A stretch of 64,000 nt of DNA from an uncultured Actinomycetes bacterium (GTDB lineage: Bacteria > Actinomycetota > UBA4738 > JBBDTT01), in NCBI GenBank assembly GCA_963742735.1, contig CAVUMN010000003.1:1-64000 (forward strand), given 5' to 3'. Each line of letters opens with the position of its first letter. The stretch's first letter is position 1. A program made the position numbers and the translations under genes. This document shows, in pieces, positions 63,413-64,000 of this stretch. The notes below the pieces were generated by a model that made no database searches, was not told where the DNA came from, and saw nothing but the letters and a program-made list of their open reading frames with translations.

Positions 63413-63975
63413 GCCAGGACGTCATCGAGGGCCGGGCGCACGTCTACGGCGACAACGTCGACACCGACGTGATCATCCCGGCGCGCTACCTGACCACGAT
63501 CGACCCGGCCGAGCTCGCGGCGCATTGCCTGGAGGACCTCGACCCCGACTTCGTGAAGAACGTGAAGCCGGGAGACGTGATCGTGGCCGGCCGGAACTTC
63601 GGGTCGGGCTCTTCCCGCGAGCACGCCCCGATCGCGATCAAGGCCTCCGGGATCGCGTGCATCGTCGCCGTCTCGTTCGCCCGGATCTTCTACCGCAACT
63701 CGATCAACGTCGGCCTGCCGATCGTCGAGTGTCCGGACATCGCAGATGGCGTCGAGTCCGGAGACGTGGTACGTATCGACATGGCTGGCGGGGTGGTCGA
63801 GAACGTGGCTCGGGGGCGCAGTCACGCGGCCACCCCGCTGCCGTCTTTCATGAAGGACATCCTTGACGCCGGCGGCCTCATGCCGTGGGTGAAGCGCAGC
63901 CTCGACGCCGGCGGACAGGTCTCGGTGGGGGTCTCCGCGGACGAGCCCGTCCAGGCCGACTGGCGGCTCGACTGA
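63409..63975 (+). CDS. leuD: 3-isopropylmalate dehydratase small subunit
   Basis: DNVDTDVIIPARY, NFGSGSSREHA, FARIFYRN. Confidence 0.95.
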   Translation: MSQDVIEGRAHVYGDNVDTDVIIPARYLTTIDPAELAAHCLEDLDPDFVKNVKPGDVIVAGRNFGSGSSREHAPIAIKASGIACIVAVSFARIFYRNSINVGLPIVECPDIADGVESGDVVRIDMAGGVVENVARGRSHAATPLPSFMKDILDAGGLMPWVKRSLDAGGQVSVGVSADEPVQADWRLD

Positions 63976-64000
63976 TGGACGCCTACCGGGTTGGGGTGAT
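63975..64000 (+). CDS. leuB: Start of next gene, probably 3-isopropylmalate dehydrogenase (truncated by window)
   Basis: TGATG overlap; MDAYRVGV fits a LeuB N-terminus and the operon context; only 8 codons visible. Confidence 0.5.

Overview
High-GC (about 70% or more by eye) chromosomal segment, most consistent with a deep-branching Actinomycetota genome. It carries: a housekeeping block (mfd, prsA-like, mazG, eno, ftsB/divIC, S1 protein, DUF501-Ppx, two cyclophilins); a small surface-glycan cluster (glycosyltransferase, nucleotide-sugar dehydrogenase, sulfotransferase, DegT, PglF-like, epimerase); NHEJ genes (ku, LigD polymerase domain) around a bldA-like tRNA-Leu(UAA); an accessory stretch (two His-rich secreted paralogs, ArsR-SRPBCC, cupredoxin, cyclase/PAS/MBL module, GH92); an ArgR-controlled argCJBDR-GH operon with ilvD; a CBS-citrate synthase with a macrodomain gene; and an attenuator-controlled ilvBNC-leuACD(B) operon. 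No CRISPR array, prophage or transposase was seen. Several single-base frameshifts, mostly at 36.7-41.5 kb, look like consensus errors. The most notable observations are a 69-bp structured repeat inserted in frame, in opposite orientations, in the N-termini of argH and leuA; a shared sigma-H-like promoter motif before secreted-protein genes; two consecutive probable non-canonical start codons (AUA, CUG); and an unknown gene leading the ilv-leu operon. Gene calls come from motif recognition only; no database searches were run.
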